Source: Lepidodermella squamata
Lineage: Eukaryota; Animalia; Gastrotricha
Length of the DNA stretch: 64,000 nucleotides
Reading direction: 5' to 3'
Assembly (NCBI GenBank): GCA_047495785.1
Contig: JBLDXI010000011.1
Coordinates: 558,001-622,000 of the forward strand
The position numbers and the translations under genes were made by a program. The notes beneath the pieces are model-generated. The model had not been told where the DNA came from and made no database searches. It saw only the letters and a list, made by a program, of their open reading frames with translations. This document shows positions 13,065 through 24,012 of this stretch, one piece after another. The first letter of the stretch is position 1. Each line of letters opens with the position of its first letter.

Positions 13065-15025
13065 CTTGCAGCGGTCAGTTGGATAATTTAATCTTGAATC
13101 TTTCTTGTTCAGAATTGAAGCTCATGGTTTCGACAAGTCTCGTGGTTATTCAAAAGATTGCCAGCAATTCGTAATGTCCATGCTAACGAGAAACCCCAAG
13201 GATCGCCCGAAAACTGATCGTCTCATAGAAAACAGCTTTCTACTGAAATCAACAGCGCAAAAGGTGAGATTTAACGGTTCCCAAACTTTCCGGTTTTTAT
13301 GACATGGTAGTTTCCTATGACCAGGCCTAGTAGGACAAGAGTAGGGCACCATTTAAAATATTGAAATTAGATTGGAAGATGGGAGAATTTTATAAGCTAA
13401 GGATTGCTTGTTAACCTTTTCATAGCGATATTATTTATATGCAGGAGAAAACATATTTTACAGCAGATCTAGAGGTTTTCAAAGGCCCTGATCCCAATTT
13501 TGAAATCCATTTGTCTTTATCTATCACCGTTAAGACTGCACGATAACTGGCCGATCTCGGCCTATCCGCCAAGCTTTTTTCAGGCGATTTTTTGAGCACC
13601 CTAATTTCCGTGTCTGGTGCTTCCAGTTTTAAAATTTTAGATTCTAAATTACTCCCATGAATGTACATGATTCTACCTCGCTTATATCATCGAAAAAAAT
13701 TCAGTTTAAAAAGAAGTTTTGGAGGCTTAGAATTCAGATCTGAATTAAGCTTTTCCAGTTTTTCTCGCGACAGTTTTTGCGGCACAAAAATCACGCACTC
13801 CGCCTGTTTAAGTTTTGGCGGATAGGACGAATTCGGATTTCCAACTCAAATCATTAAAACAGAGGTAAATGAGACAATGGAGGACACGGCGGTATTTTTT
13901 GTTGAATCAAAAAATGATCGGAAACCTATGGATTATCTAGTTTAACCAAATCATAATTCTAATCTCAGGTTGGCTATTTTCAAATTGCTAATATGCCTTG
14001 GCCACGCAAGATAACGGTGTCCTGGTCTCAAAACCTTGTAGCCAGAATTAAAATAGAATATTCCTCAAAAGACCGATCAAGATTTCATCAAATTCAATTT
14101 TCTGCGAATTCTTAAAGTCGAAATTTAAAGATATCAACCATTTACTCATGTTATAAGCATACAAATATGGAACAATTTTAAGACAAATGTCATTGGGGAA
14201 TGTTTGTTTTTTTAAATTAAATTACCAAAAATGACAAAAGCGAGTGTTTTCTAGACATTACTTTTGGTGATTTTGGGGGTGTTAAGGGCTCGCCGTGATT
14301 GTGTCCATTCTGAAAGCATTGCGTTTCTTCAGGCCACAACGAACATATCACGACAACCGTACGAAAACGATGTTCAGGTATTGAATGAAGGAACGTAGAA
14401 CAAATTGAAAAGTTGATAGTGGTTATGCTTTACAGAAGTTATTTGCCTGCATGCGGGCGAATGATGTGTCGAAATCAGTGGAGCTGTTGGCGAACCCGAA
14501 GCTCCGTCTTGGCGCTGACTGCAGAGACACAGATGGAAAGCCTTTACTGCACATCGCCGCCCAGAATGGCCACGTCGAGATGGTGGAGACACTGGCTGGC
14601 GAGTTCAACGCCGATGTTGACGCAGCCGACATACTTGGCCTAACCCCGTTAATGGTTGCTGCATCATTCGGCCGATACGCAGTAGTCGATACTCTGATAA
14701 ATAAATTTTTTGCAGATGTCGACGCGGCAAGCAGTAAAGGATCTAATGCTCTGTACTATGCTCATTACTGCTCTACACGTGTTAAAGCCGAGGACAAGCG
14801 AAAAACAATTACACGCACTCGTTTCACGCCTACACAATAAAAGCTATACTACTGCGGTCTAGTTTTTTGTTCATTCACAAGAGGTTTTCGATTTCAAACA
14901 GCACCTCTATTTCTTATAATTGTTTTAATGCCAATCTATTCTCTGAGTTTTCTTAAAATCGTTTTTTTCAATTCAAAATCGGGATTTAGGATTTCACAAT
15001 TTGTGGGCAATTTCTTTTTAGGAAA

Positions 15026-15445
15026 ATGTCTAAGCATGAATCCGGCTCTCTGAAACGAAAAGAGAAGCGAGAGATGAGGCCGATTCAAACTTTCTTTCAA
15101 AAGTTCCAACATCATTCGCATTTGGCTTCGCTAATCTAGCCCCGCTTTCCGATGCTAATAATGAAGTCGACGTTGAACCTCAAAATAACCAATTCGAAAT
15201 TCCATCCAATCTGAAACTGGAGGTGGTGAATCAATTGAGTCCATTACAGTTAATTTAGATGACCCTTTCTTTTGGTCGCCAAATGACGCCGAGGCTTTTT
15301 TTAGAAAAGGAATTTCATCTGTTCACAAAGCCACCACTGCCAACATCGATTTTAATGCAACGAAAAGAAGTTTCGGAAACTTTTCTCGTGCTTTAACTCC
15401 TGAAATGCTGCGTTCATGTTTGCCTAATGGCGAGGAGGCGCCTTG
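15026..15445 (+). pseudogene. Possible degenerate N-terminus of a hAT (ZMYM1/TTF-type) transposase
   Basis: MSKHESGSLKRKEKR..IQTFF, LDDPFFW and CLPNGEE in shifting frames resemble hAT N-termini; recognition by eye only. Confidence 0.3.
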
Positions 15446-16239
15446 AAATTATTTGATTTTCTTTGAAATTATTTTGATTTGATTTTGATTTGATCTTCAC
15501 AAATGCTTTTTTGCTCCGTTTGCAAGTTATTTTCGGATAGCGCCAATATTTTGATGTTATAGCACCCGTAACCCGAGTGAAATAAGGAATCCCGAGCATG
15601 AAATTCGGACATACAAGGACTGCAAAAGCCTCATACCCATACGCCAATGAATAACTGGAAATGGGCCACTATCTTCAAAATTCAAGGAAGTTCAAGGGAA
15701 AATGGAAATTTCAACATTTCGATATTTGGAAAAATTGATTCTCAAAATGTCAGCAAATTTTCTACGTTTAATTCGCAAAGAAAAATGTCATTCTCCACTG
15801 TGACTGCTAAATATAAAACGGCTACGACGATGTACTGAGATGTATTGACGTTATTTCCCCGCCGCGAGTGAGAAAGTCCAACGCATTGCCTCTAACGGAT
15901 CTTTTCAAATCGTGGGCGGTTGCGAAGCGGCAGATAAAGGAAGCGAAAAGTCCGTTTTTTAGGAAAAAGATTTTTCTTATAACTTACGGCCCGTTTACTT
16001 TTCTTATCGCAGTCTTATCGCGTTGGAACCCCATCTAATCGACTAAAACAAGACTAATCATCAACAACAGGATGATTAGGATAAAGCCGACACATGTCGG
16101 AGGTGACGTCTGGCGTATAAAAGCAGTTCCAATCTAAAATATTTCGCTTCAAACTTTCAACTTAGGATGTACATTCCCGAAAGATTTTTTTCACTGCATT
16201 CACTTTTGCTTTTGCGTAGATCGCGCCTTTTAATATCAA

Positions 16240-18676
16240 GAAACTTCTTTAGCTGCTTGGAGAACTGATCAGCTTGCAAACGATAAATTTCTACTGCACC
16301 CGACAGCGAAAGAAGACATGATGGTGAGATCAGATCAGGAGGATGAGTATGATGCATTCCTCCATCTGTTTTTCAGGCGGACTCCTCTGCAACCAAAACA
16401 CTACCACAGCCAGATGAAAAGGCTGTTCAGGTATTGAATGAACTAACGTCGAAAAAACTGATGCGTTGATTGTGATTATACTTGACGAACTCGCGAACAA
16501 TAGAAGACCAGTATGTCATCGGCTTGACGTTGAAACTTTTGCGTAATTCAAGTATTTTATGCAGTTCGATCCAACGCACATGATCTTGACGTGAGTCACG
16601 GTTCAATCTGGAATAACTAAATTTTAAATATGTATTGCGTAGACTTGAAGCTCAGCCGTTCGACGCGTCTCGTGGCTATTCAACAAATTTCAAGGAATTC
16701 GTAATGCTTATGCTAACTAAAAGCGCCGAAGATCGACCTAAAACTGATCAGCTGTCAAATAACAGTTTTCTGCTGAAAGATGTGAGATTTCAGGTCAGAT
16801 CAGGATTAGGAATACAATGGTGTTTTTTCAGGTCAATTCCTCGACGACAACAGTTCCTCAACCGGACGAAAAGGCTGTTCAGGTATTGAATGGGGAAATG
16901 TCGAACAAACTGATCTTATTGCGTGATTATACTTGACAGGAATTGTTTGAAAGCGTGCGGGCGAACAATGGCTTAAAATTACAGGAGATGCTGATGAACA
17001 GGGAGCTCGGTCTTAGCTCTGACTGCATAAACAAAAACGGGGCTACAATACTGCATCTTGCTGCTCTTAGTGGCTACAACGGCATTGTGGAGATCCTAGT
17101 CAGGCAATTCAACTCGAATGTTGAGGTAGCCCTAAAAAATGGCGCTACGCCATTGTACGTCGCCGCCCTTCAAGGCCACACTCAGGTGGTAAAGACACTA
17201 GCTGGCGAGTTCAACGCAAACGTTGAGGCAGCTGATAATGATGGACGAACACCATTGTACGTCGCCGCCCTCGAAGGCCACCTCGACGTCGTAAAGATCC
17301 TGGCTGGCCAATTTAACGCTAACGTCGAGTCAGCAGATAACGAAGGCTATACGCCAGTATATGTCGCCGCCTTCGAAGACCATGACGAGGTGGTGAAGAC
17401 ACTTGCTGGCCAGTACAAGGCCAATGTAGAGGCGGCCGATGAAGACGGACGTACGCCATTGTGGATCGCCGCCGCGAAAGGCCACGTCAAAGTTGTGGAA
17501 ACACTAGCTGGCCAATTTAACGCCAATGTTGAGTCAGCAGATAAAGATGGCGCAACACCATTGTACGTCGCCGCCTTCGAAGGCCACGTCGAGGTTGTGA
17601 AGACATTGGTTGACAAGTTCAAAGCGAATGTTGAGGCAGCGAATATGAATGGCGCTACACCATTGTTTATCGCCGCCAAGAATGGGCAAATCGAGGTGGT
17701 AAAAACATTGGCTGGCGAGTTGAAAGCAAACGCGGAGGCAGCCCTTAATGATGGCGCCACACCGTTGTACATCGCTGCCGAGAATGGCCATGTCGAGGTT
17801 GTGGAGACACTGGCTGGCCAGTTCAACGCCAATGTTGTAGCGGCAACCATATTGGGTGCTACACCATTGCACGTCGCCGCCATCCAAGGCCACGTCGAGT
17901 TAGTGAAGACACTGGCTGGTATGTTTAAAGCCAATGTTGAGGTGGTCAATGCTAATGGCGCTACGCCACTGCACTGCGCCGCCTGTTTTGGCCACGTCGA
18001 AACTGTGAAGACGCTGGCTGGCGAGTTCAGCGCAAACGTCGAGGCAGCCGTGAAAAATGGCGATAGGCCTATACACGTTGCCGCCATCCAAGGTCACATC
18101 GAGGTGGTTAAGACATTGGCCGGCCAGTTCGGGGCGAATGTTGAGGCGGCCAATAACAATGGAGCTACACCATTGCACTTCGCCGCCCAGGAGGGCTACG
18201 TCGAACTCGTAAAACTGCTGGCTGGTCAGTTCGGGGCCAATGTTGAGGCAGCCGATGGAGACGGCCGGACAGCATTGTTTATCGCTGCAGAAAAAGGCCA
18301 CGCCGAGGTGGTGCAGACACTGGCTTCCCAGTTTAAAGCCAATGTTAAAGCGGCCAATAAATGGGGCGCTACGCCACTGTACGTCGCCGCCGCCTCCGGC
18401 CACGCCGAGGTGGTGAGGACACTGGCTAGCCAGTTTGGTGCCAATGTCGAGGCAGCCTGTGAAGATGGCCTCAGACCGCTAATGGCCGCTGCGTTATTCG
18501 GCCAACACGTAGTGGTCGATATGCTGATCAATGAATTTCGAGCTGATGTCAACGCGGCCTGCAGTGAAGGACATACCGCTCTGCAGTATGCTAATAAGCA
18601 TAACTGCTGTTTGCCTGTTGCAGACGAGGACAAGCGGAAAGTAATTGAAGTCCTGATAAAAGCGAATGCTAAGTAA
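16240..18676 (+). pseudogene. Rearranged kinase-ankyrin copy 4: most of the kinase deleted, intact 15-unit ANK exon (~16940-18676)
   Basis: Pre-ATG sequence AGCTGCTTGGAGA joined directly to GAGAACTGATCAGC (kinase end); second jump at ~16485 into sequence near-identical to 20771-21300; 577-aa open ANK frame resembling copy 2. Confidence 0.75.
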
Positions 18677-19925
18677 CTGAGCCACAAATGCGCATTATTT
18701 GTCATTTTCAGAATCATTTGCACAGATCGTTGATTTTACGTTTTCCTGCTAATTTCATTATAATAAGAGTTCATTATCAGAGTTGACCATCAGCTCAGAG
18801 CCGACATCGATTCAAAGTATCGATTTTTATTGATTTCGCCAATAATATAAAAATTATTGAAGGCCAAACATTGCAGTTTTTACGCAGCTAATGGGATCCC
18901 AAGTAGCTAAAAAAGGCCTGGGACACAGGAATAATCGGAATCATCCGGATTTCACAAAAAGAAATCACGAAAACAAATTATACCAGCATGCGGGCACTCC
19001 AGATTTCTGAGATGCCGATTTGGAATATGAAACGGCGTTGGATGTAAAGGATGAAAGGGATAGATGTAAGGGACTCAGACACGAAGGAGTGACGATCCCC
19101 GACTCTGACTAAGATTCTTACGGAGTTGAGAGCCCCTAGGTTGGGGCAAGAGTCGACCTGACCCGGCTAGACCTCAGAAAGTTTCCCAAGTCTAATTGAT
19201 GTTCAACCCCACTACAAACGGAATATCATCGACGTCATGATCCTCGATGTGGTTTGCTACCCACTCCTTCGCTTCGGCGGCATTCAAAGAACTATAGTTT
19301 CTTACGAGCGAGTCGTCTTGTCAACCTTTGACTTTGTCGCGGTGCTTTTGCAAGGCTTTTGTGGTACGTGAAATTATGAACCTGTTTCAGCGACAGCTTT
19401 GCTTTCTCTTGGAAACAGTCAATTCAATTTGGACAAGGTGTATTATGGTTGTCTGTTGAATGCACAGTTCAATGCTCAAGGCGCTGCATCAACGCTCAGA
19501 CGGACAAGGTCTGCAGCTTTTTCCTAACGCGCTTGAATCGTATCCGTTAAGTGAAAGATGGAATAATTATTGTTCATTCCTAGGCTGGTCAAGGTGGAGA
19601 CGCTGTCAACATCGTTGATTCAGATGAAGCGTCAGTTAACTTCAACGGATGTTTCCCGATAAATTATTAATTTTCACTTTTCACCGCTTGCGTTCTATTT
19701 CGCAAGATGAATAATAAAAACCCATCATTGCTTTGTAACACGGGACAAATTTCTCAAATATAGAAAGTCATATCAGCGGCAAGACGCCTCCGCCCTTGCT
19801 TGCTTCTTATCATCGAAACCAGCGGCAAGAAAAATTGGTGCTGATAGTATTGTCTACTATCTTTCACTTACATAGCACCGGCTTTATTGCCCTTAATTTT
19901 GAAGAAGTTCTTCACCTGCTCAGAG

Positions 19926-22754
19926 ATGGCATCGCCCTACTCGTTTGGATCAATGGCCGAGTTCACGGACGTTAGGCCGTTGTTGCTCAACGAGAAACTC
20001 CTCAGGAACGGATATTCGTGCCGACGCAATGCGTGTTACCCTTTCGACTTTGTCATTAAGAAAACTAATATGACCAGGCTGAAGAAGGAATTCGAGCAAG
20101 ACTTTGAAACAATTTCCCAGCTTCTCCGCGAAAAAGTGAGGAATTCATCCATTTTCAAGATCATTGGACTGCTAACAACTCGCCTTTCACTTCGTTTTCA
20201 GGATTCGAGAATGGTCAAAATTAACCACCCAAACATTGTCCGAGTATTTGGCACGTCGAAGGTTCGCTTGTAATGCGCTCACGTAGAACTTGCCAACAAT
20301 ATTGTTTCAGAGGAAAACCAGGGTGGTGAAGTCGCTTGTTTTAAGCACTCCATGTACCATTTGGTGATGGAGTTTTGCGGGGGCGGGAGTTTCGAAACTC
20401 TAATCAAAGCTGGCAAAGCTGGAGGTGAACCGATTCGCGAAGTTACGCTTCAAAGTTGGTCTCGCCAGCTCGTCTCGGCTTTGCATTATCTACACAGCCA
20501 AGACATTTTACATCGCAACATTAAGCCGAGCGATGTCCTGGTTTCGCAGAATCAAGGCACTGTGAAACTGGCAGAGTTAGGAATAATGGAAACTTTAAAT
20601 ACGTAAAGCCATCAGTTTGGAGTTTTAATCGAAATTCCAGCCGTAATATTTCAGAAAATCAAAAACAACTCCTCTATGGCAATCAATGTACGGCTATTTG
20701 CCTCCTGAAGTATGGAAAGGTGGATCCCTGTCACAAGCTGGTGACGTCTGGTCGCTGGGTGCTACGCTATACGAACTCGCGAACAATAGAAGACCAGTAT
20801 GTCATCGGCTTGACGTTGAAATTTTTGCGTAATTCAAGTATTTTATGCAGTTCGATCCAACGCACATGATCTTGACGTGAGTCACGGTTCAATCTGGAAT
20901 AACTAAATTTTAAATATGTATTGCGTAGACTTGAAGCTCAGCCGTTCGACGCGTCTCGTGGCTATTCAACAAATTTCAAGCAATTCGTAATGCTTATGCT
21001 AACTAAAAGCGCCGAAGATCGACCTAAAACTGATCAGCTGTTAAATAACAGTTTTCTGCTGAAAGATGTGAGATTTCAGGTCAGATCAAGATTTGGAATA
21101 CAATGATGTTTTTCAGGTCAATTCCTCGACGACAACAGTTCCTCAACCGGACAAAAAGGCTGTTCAGGTATTGAATGGGGAAATGTCGAACAAACTGATG
21201 GGCTTATTGCGTGATTATACTTGACAGGAATTGTTTGAAAGCGTGCGGGCGAACAATGGCTTGAAATTAGAGGAGTTGCTGATGAACAGGAAACTCGGTC
21301 TTCGCTCTGACTGCAGAAACATTGATGGGGTGCCTTTGCTGTTCCTCGCCGCCTACAATGGCTACGTCGAGGTTGTGAAGCTTCTAGCTGGCCAGTACAA
21401 GGCCAATGTAGAGACAGCCACGAATGATGGCAGAACACCATTTTGGACCGCCGCCTTCAATGGCCACGTCGAGGTTGTGAAGCTTCTAGCTGGCGAGTAC
21501 AAGGCCAATGTTGAGGCAGCCATGAATGATGGCAGAACACCATTGCTCGTCGCTGCCTACAATGGCCACGTCGAGGTTGTGAAGCTTCTAGCTGGCGAGT
21601 ACAAGGCCAATGTTGAGGCAGCCACGAATGATGGCGCTACACCATTGTTCGCCGCCGCCCAACAAGGCCACGTCGAGGTTGTGAAGCTTCTAGCTGGCGA
21701 ATTCAAGGCCAATGTAGAGACAGCCATGAATGATGGCGCTACACCATTGCACGTCGCCGCCTACAATGGCCACGTGGAGGTTGTGAAGCTTCTAGCTGGC
21801 CAGTACAAGGCCAATGTAGAGACAGCCATGAATGATGGCGCTACACCATTGCACGTCGCCGCCTACAATGGCCACGTGGAGGTTGTGAAGCTTCTAGCTG
21901 GCGAGTACAAGGCCAATGTTGAGGCAGCCATGAATGATGGAGCTACACCATTGCACGTCGCCGCCCAGGAAGGCCACGTCGAGGTTGTGAAGCTTCTAGC
22001 TGGCCAGTACAAGGCCAATGTTGAGGCAGCCATGAATGATGGCAGAACACCATTGCTCGTCGCTGCCTACAATGGCCACGTCGAGGTTGTGAAGCTTCTA
22101 GCTGGCCAGTACAAGGCCAATGTTGAGGCAGCCATGAATGATGGCAGAACACCATTGCTCGTCGCTGCCTACAATGGCCACGTCGAGGTTGTGAAGCTTC
22201 TAGCTGGCCAGTACAAGGCCAATGTTGAGGCAGCCATGAATGATGGCAGAACACCATTGCTCGTCGCTGCCTACAATGGCCACGTGGAGGTTGTGAAGCT
22301 TCTAGCTGGCGAGTACAAGGCCAATGTAGAGACAGCCATGAATGATGGAGCTACACCATTGCACGTCGCCGCCCAGGAAGGCCACGTCGAGGTTGTGAAG
22401 CTTCTAGCTGGCCAGTACAAGGCCAATGTTGAGACAGCCACGAAAAATGGCAGAACACCATTGTGGACCGCCGCCCAGGAAGGCCACGTCGAGGTTGTGA
22501 AGCTTCTAGCTGGCGAGTACAAGGCCAATGTTGAGGCAGCCACGAATGATGGCGCTACACCATTAATGGCCGCAGCATATAACGGCCAACACGCAGTAGT
22601 CGACACACTGATAAATGAATTCCGCGCAAATGTCAACACGGCCCGCAATGATGGACAAACCGCTCTGAATTTTGCTAACAATTGCTTGCCTCGTGTTACT
22701 ACCGAGAACAAGCGGAAAACAATCGAAATTCTCGCGAAGGCGAATGCAAGATAA
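19926..22754 (+). CDS. NEK-like pseudokinase-ankyrin copy 5 (13 highly homogenised ANK units); 1-bp deletion in exon 2
   Basis: HRNIKPSD, AELG, YLPPE, DVWSLG; exon 2 (20202-20261) is 60 nt versus 61 nt in copies 1-3; other splice sites canonical; open 507-aa ANK frame. Confidence 0.7.
21325..22650 (+). repeat. Coding 102-bp tandem repeat (ankyrin units), with three identical copies at 21972-22277
   Basis: Unit GGCCACGTCGAGGTTGTGAAGCTTCTAGCTGGC...GCCTACAAT recurs at 21972, 22074 and 22176. Confidence 0.95.
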
Positions 22755-22967
22755 ATACATCGTGTCCAAACATGTTAGTCGCAATATAAGTTGCTGCTCA
22801 TTTTGGCTCATTGCGCCTTGTTTGAAAATAACTCCGACAGCTAAGTGTAAGTGGTTGGAGACATGCTGAATGCAGTAAAGGGCGCTGATGCGAAAATAGG
22901 CATATTTTAAAGGAACGAATTTTGGTATTGTGCATTATTACCTGTATATTAATAATAATAAATATCC

Positions 22968-23410
22968 GTTGAGCAATTTTGCTCAATTGCTAAACCTGTG
23001 CTCAATTTGCTCAATGTGCGCTCAATTCGTGAACAACTAGAGCTTAACCAGAGGATGAATAATCAAAAAGTGCTCAAAATGTGCTTAACACGTCGTATGA
23101 CACGCGTTGAGCACACCAATAATTATTGAAAATATACCACGTCATTGATCAGTCAATTTCTGGTTCCGATATTAACCCGATACCAGTGGCGCAATCGATT
23201 CGATTGCAGGCCTTGATGTTCAAAGTCACTGGTTCGATTTCCGGCCCTGACGGATTTTTCTGAATTTCTTTCCAATTTTTAAAAATTAGACTGCTCACGA
23301 GTGCTTAAAGCGAAAATTGATGATTGCACAATGGGTGCGTAAATACTGCTCAAAGTGCTCAACGTTCGCTACTCGAATGCTTAGTGAGTGCTCAACGAAA
23401 TGCTTAACAG
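22968..23410. repeat. TGCTCAA/TGCTTAA-rich repeat, probably a transposon remnant, containing a tRNA-like segment (23179-23252)
   Basis: More than 10 copies of (G)TGCTYAA in both orientations; A-box-like TGGCGCAATCG and B-box-like GGTTCGATTTCC. Confidence 0.45.
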
Positions 23411-24012
23411 TGCAAAATTAATCAGCCAGCTCCAATTTCGTCAATTTTGATAGGTTCTGGACTGTGTTTTAGTGGAAAATCTTCACAATTTTCTCGCTTC
23501 TCGGTTATTCGCCAAAATAACTAGTAATTTTGGCCAATACAGCGAAAAAAAATTTTCCATCACTGGCAGCTCCTGGATCGCACCTTGTAATAGAGACCTT
23601 AAAGTAAACAATTGAACGCGACCGGTTTCTCCGCTCTAATTTGGTTGAGATTTCTTCGCTATTAGGCTAAAATCTATGCTAAAATTTCCCAGTTCTCCAC
23701 ATTTCTCTGCAAAATTAGGTCAAATTCGGTCCTAAATCTGTGCTGTTAATTAACCATCATTTTTTGCAACCAGAAATCAATCAAGTTGCGAAGATTGGAT
23801 ATAGCTCTTAAGTAAATACAGCCCATCTACATGGGTAGCAACTACTCGTCTTGAATATGTTCCCGGCGTGTCATTAATTTTTCAACAGGCTTCTGCAGAG
23901 ATTTTGCCCGCCATCAATTATTCACAATTCGCCACTCAGCTATACTGCACGCCCTATTCCCCTGCTGTGTCACAGATCAAATAATTCACGATTTTGATAC
24001 CAGCAGAAAATT

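Larger units (their letters stand above)
9985..14840 (+). pseudogene. NEK-like pseudokinase-ankyrin copy 3 (2 ANK units); probable pseudogene
   Basis: Exons homologous to copy 2 (9985-10179, 11374-11434, ~11484-11767, 11826-11967, ~12017-12043, ~13111-13263, 14333-14377, ~14436-14840); first donor reads ATAAGG at 10180 versus GTAAGG/GTGAGG in paralogs; introns inflated by insertions; C-terminus diverges from paralogs. Confidence 0.75.

Noticed and set aside
18900-19660. Coding-looking GC-balanced spacer between copies 4 and 5
   Set aside because: No ORF or motif that I can identify
21325-22650. Regular repeat that superficially resembles a CRISPR array
   Set aside because: In-frame 102-bp coding tandem units with no unique spacers and no cas genes, in a eukaryotic context
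3426-22711. Many antisense and alternative-frame ORFs overlapping the ankyrin exons (e.g. 3426-4010, 7701-8297, 17347-18087, 21943-22257)
   Set aside because: By-products of repetitive, codon-biased ANK coding sequence; no independent domain signal
23179-23252. Functional tRNA gene
   Set aside because: A and B boxes are present but the acceptor and anticodon stems do not pair; treated as a tRNA-derived remnant
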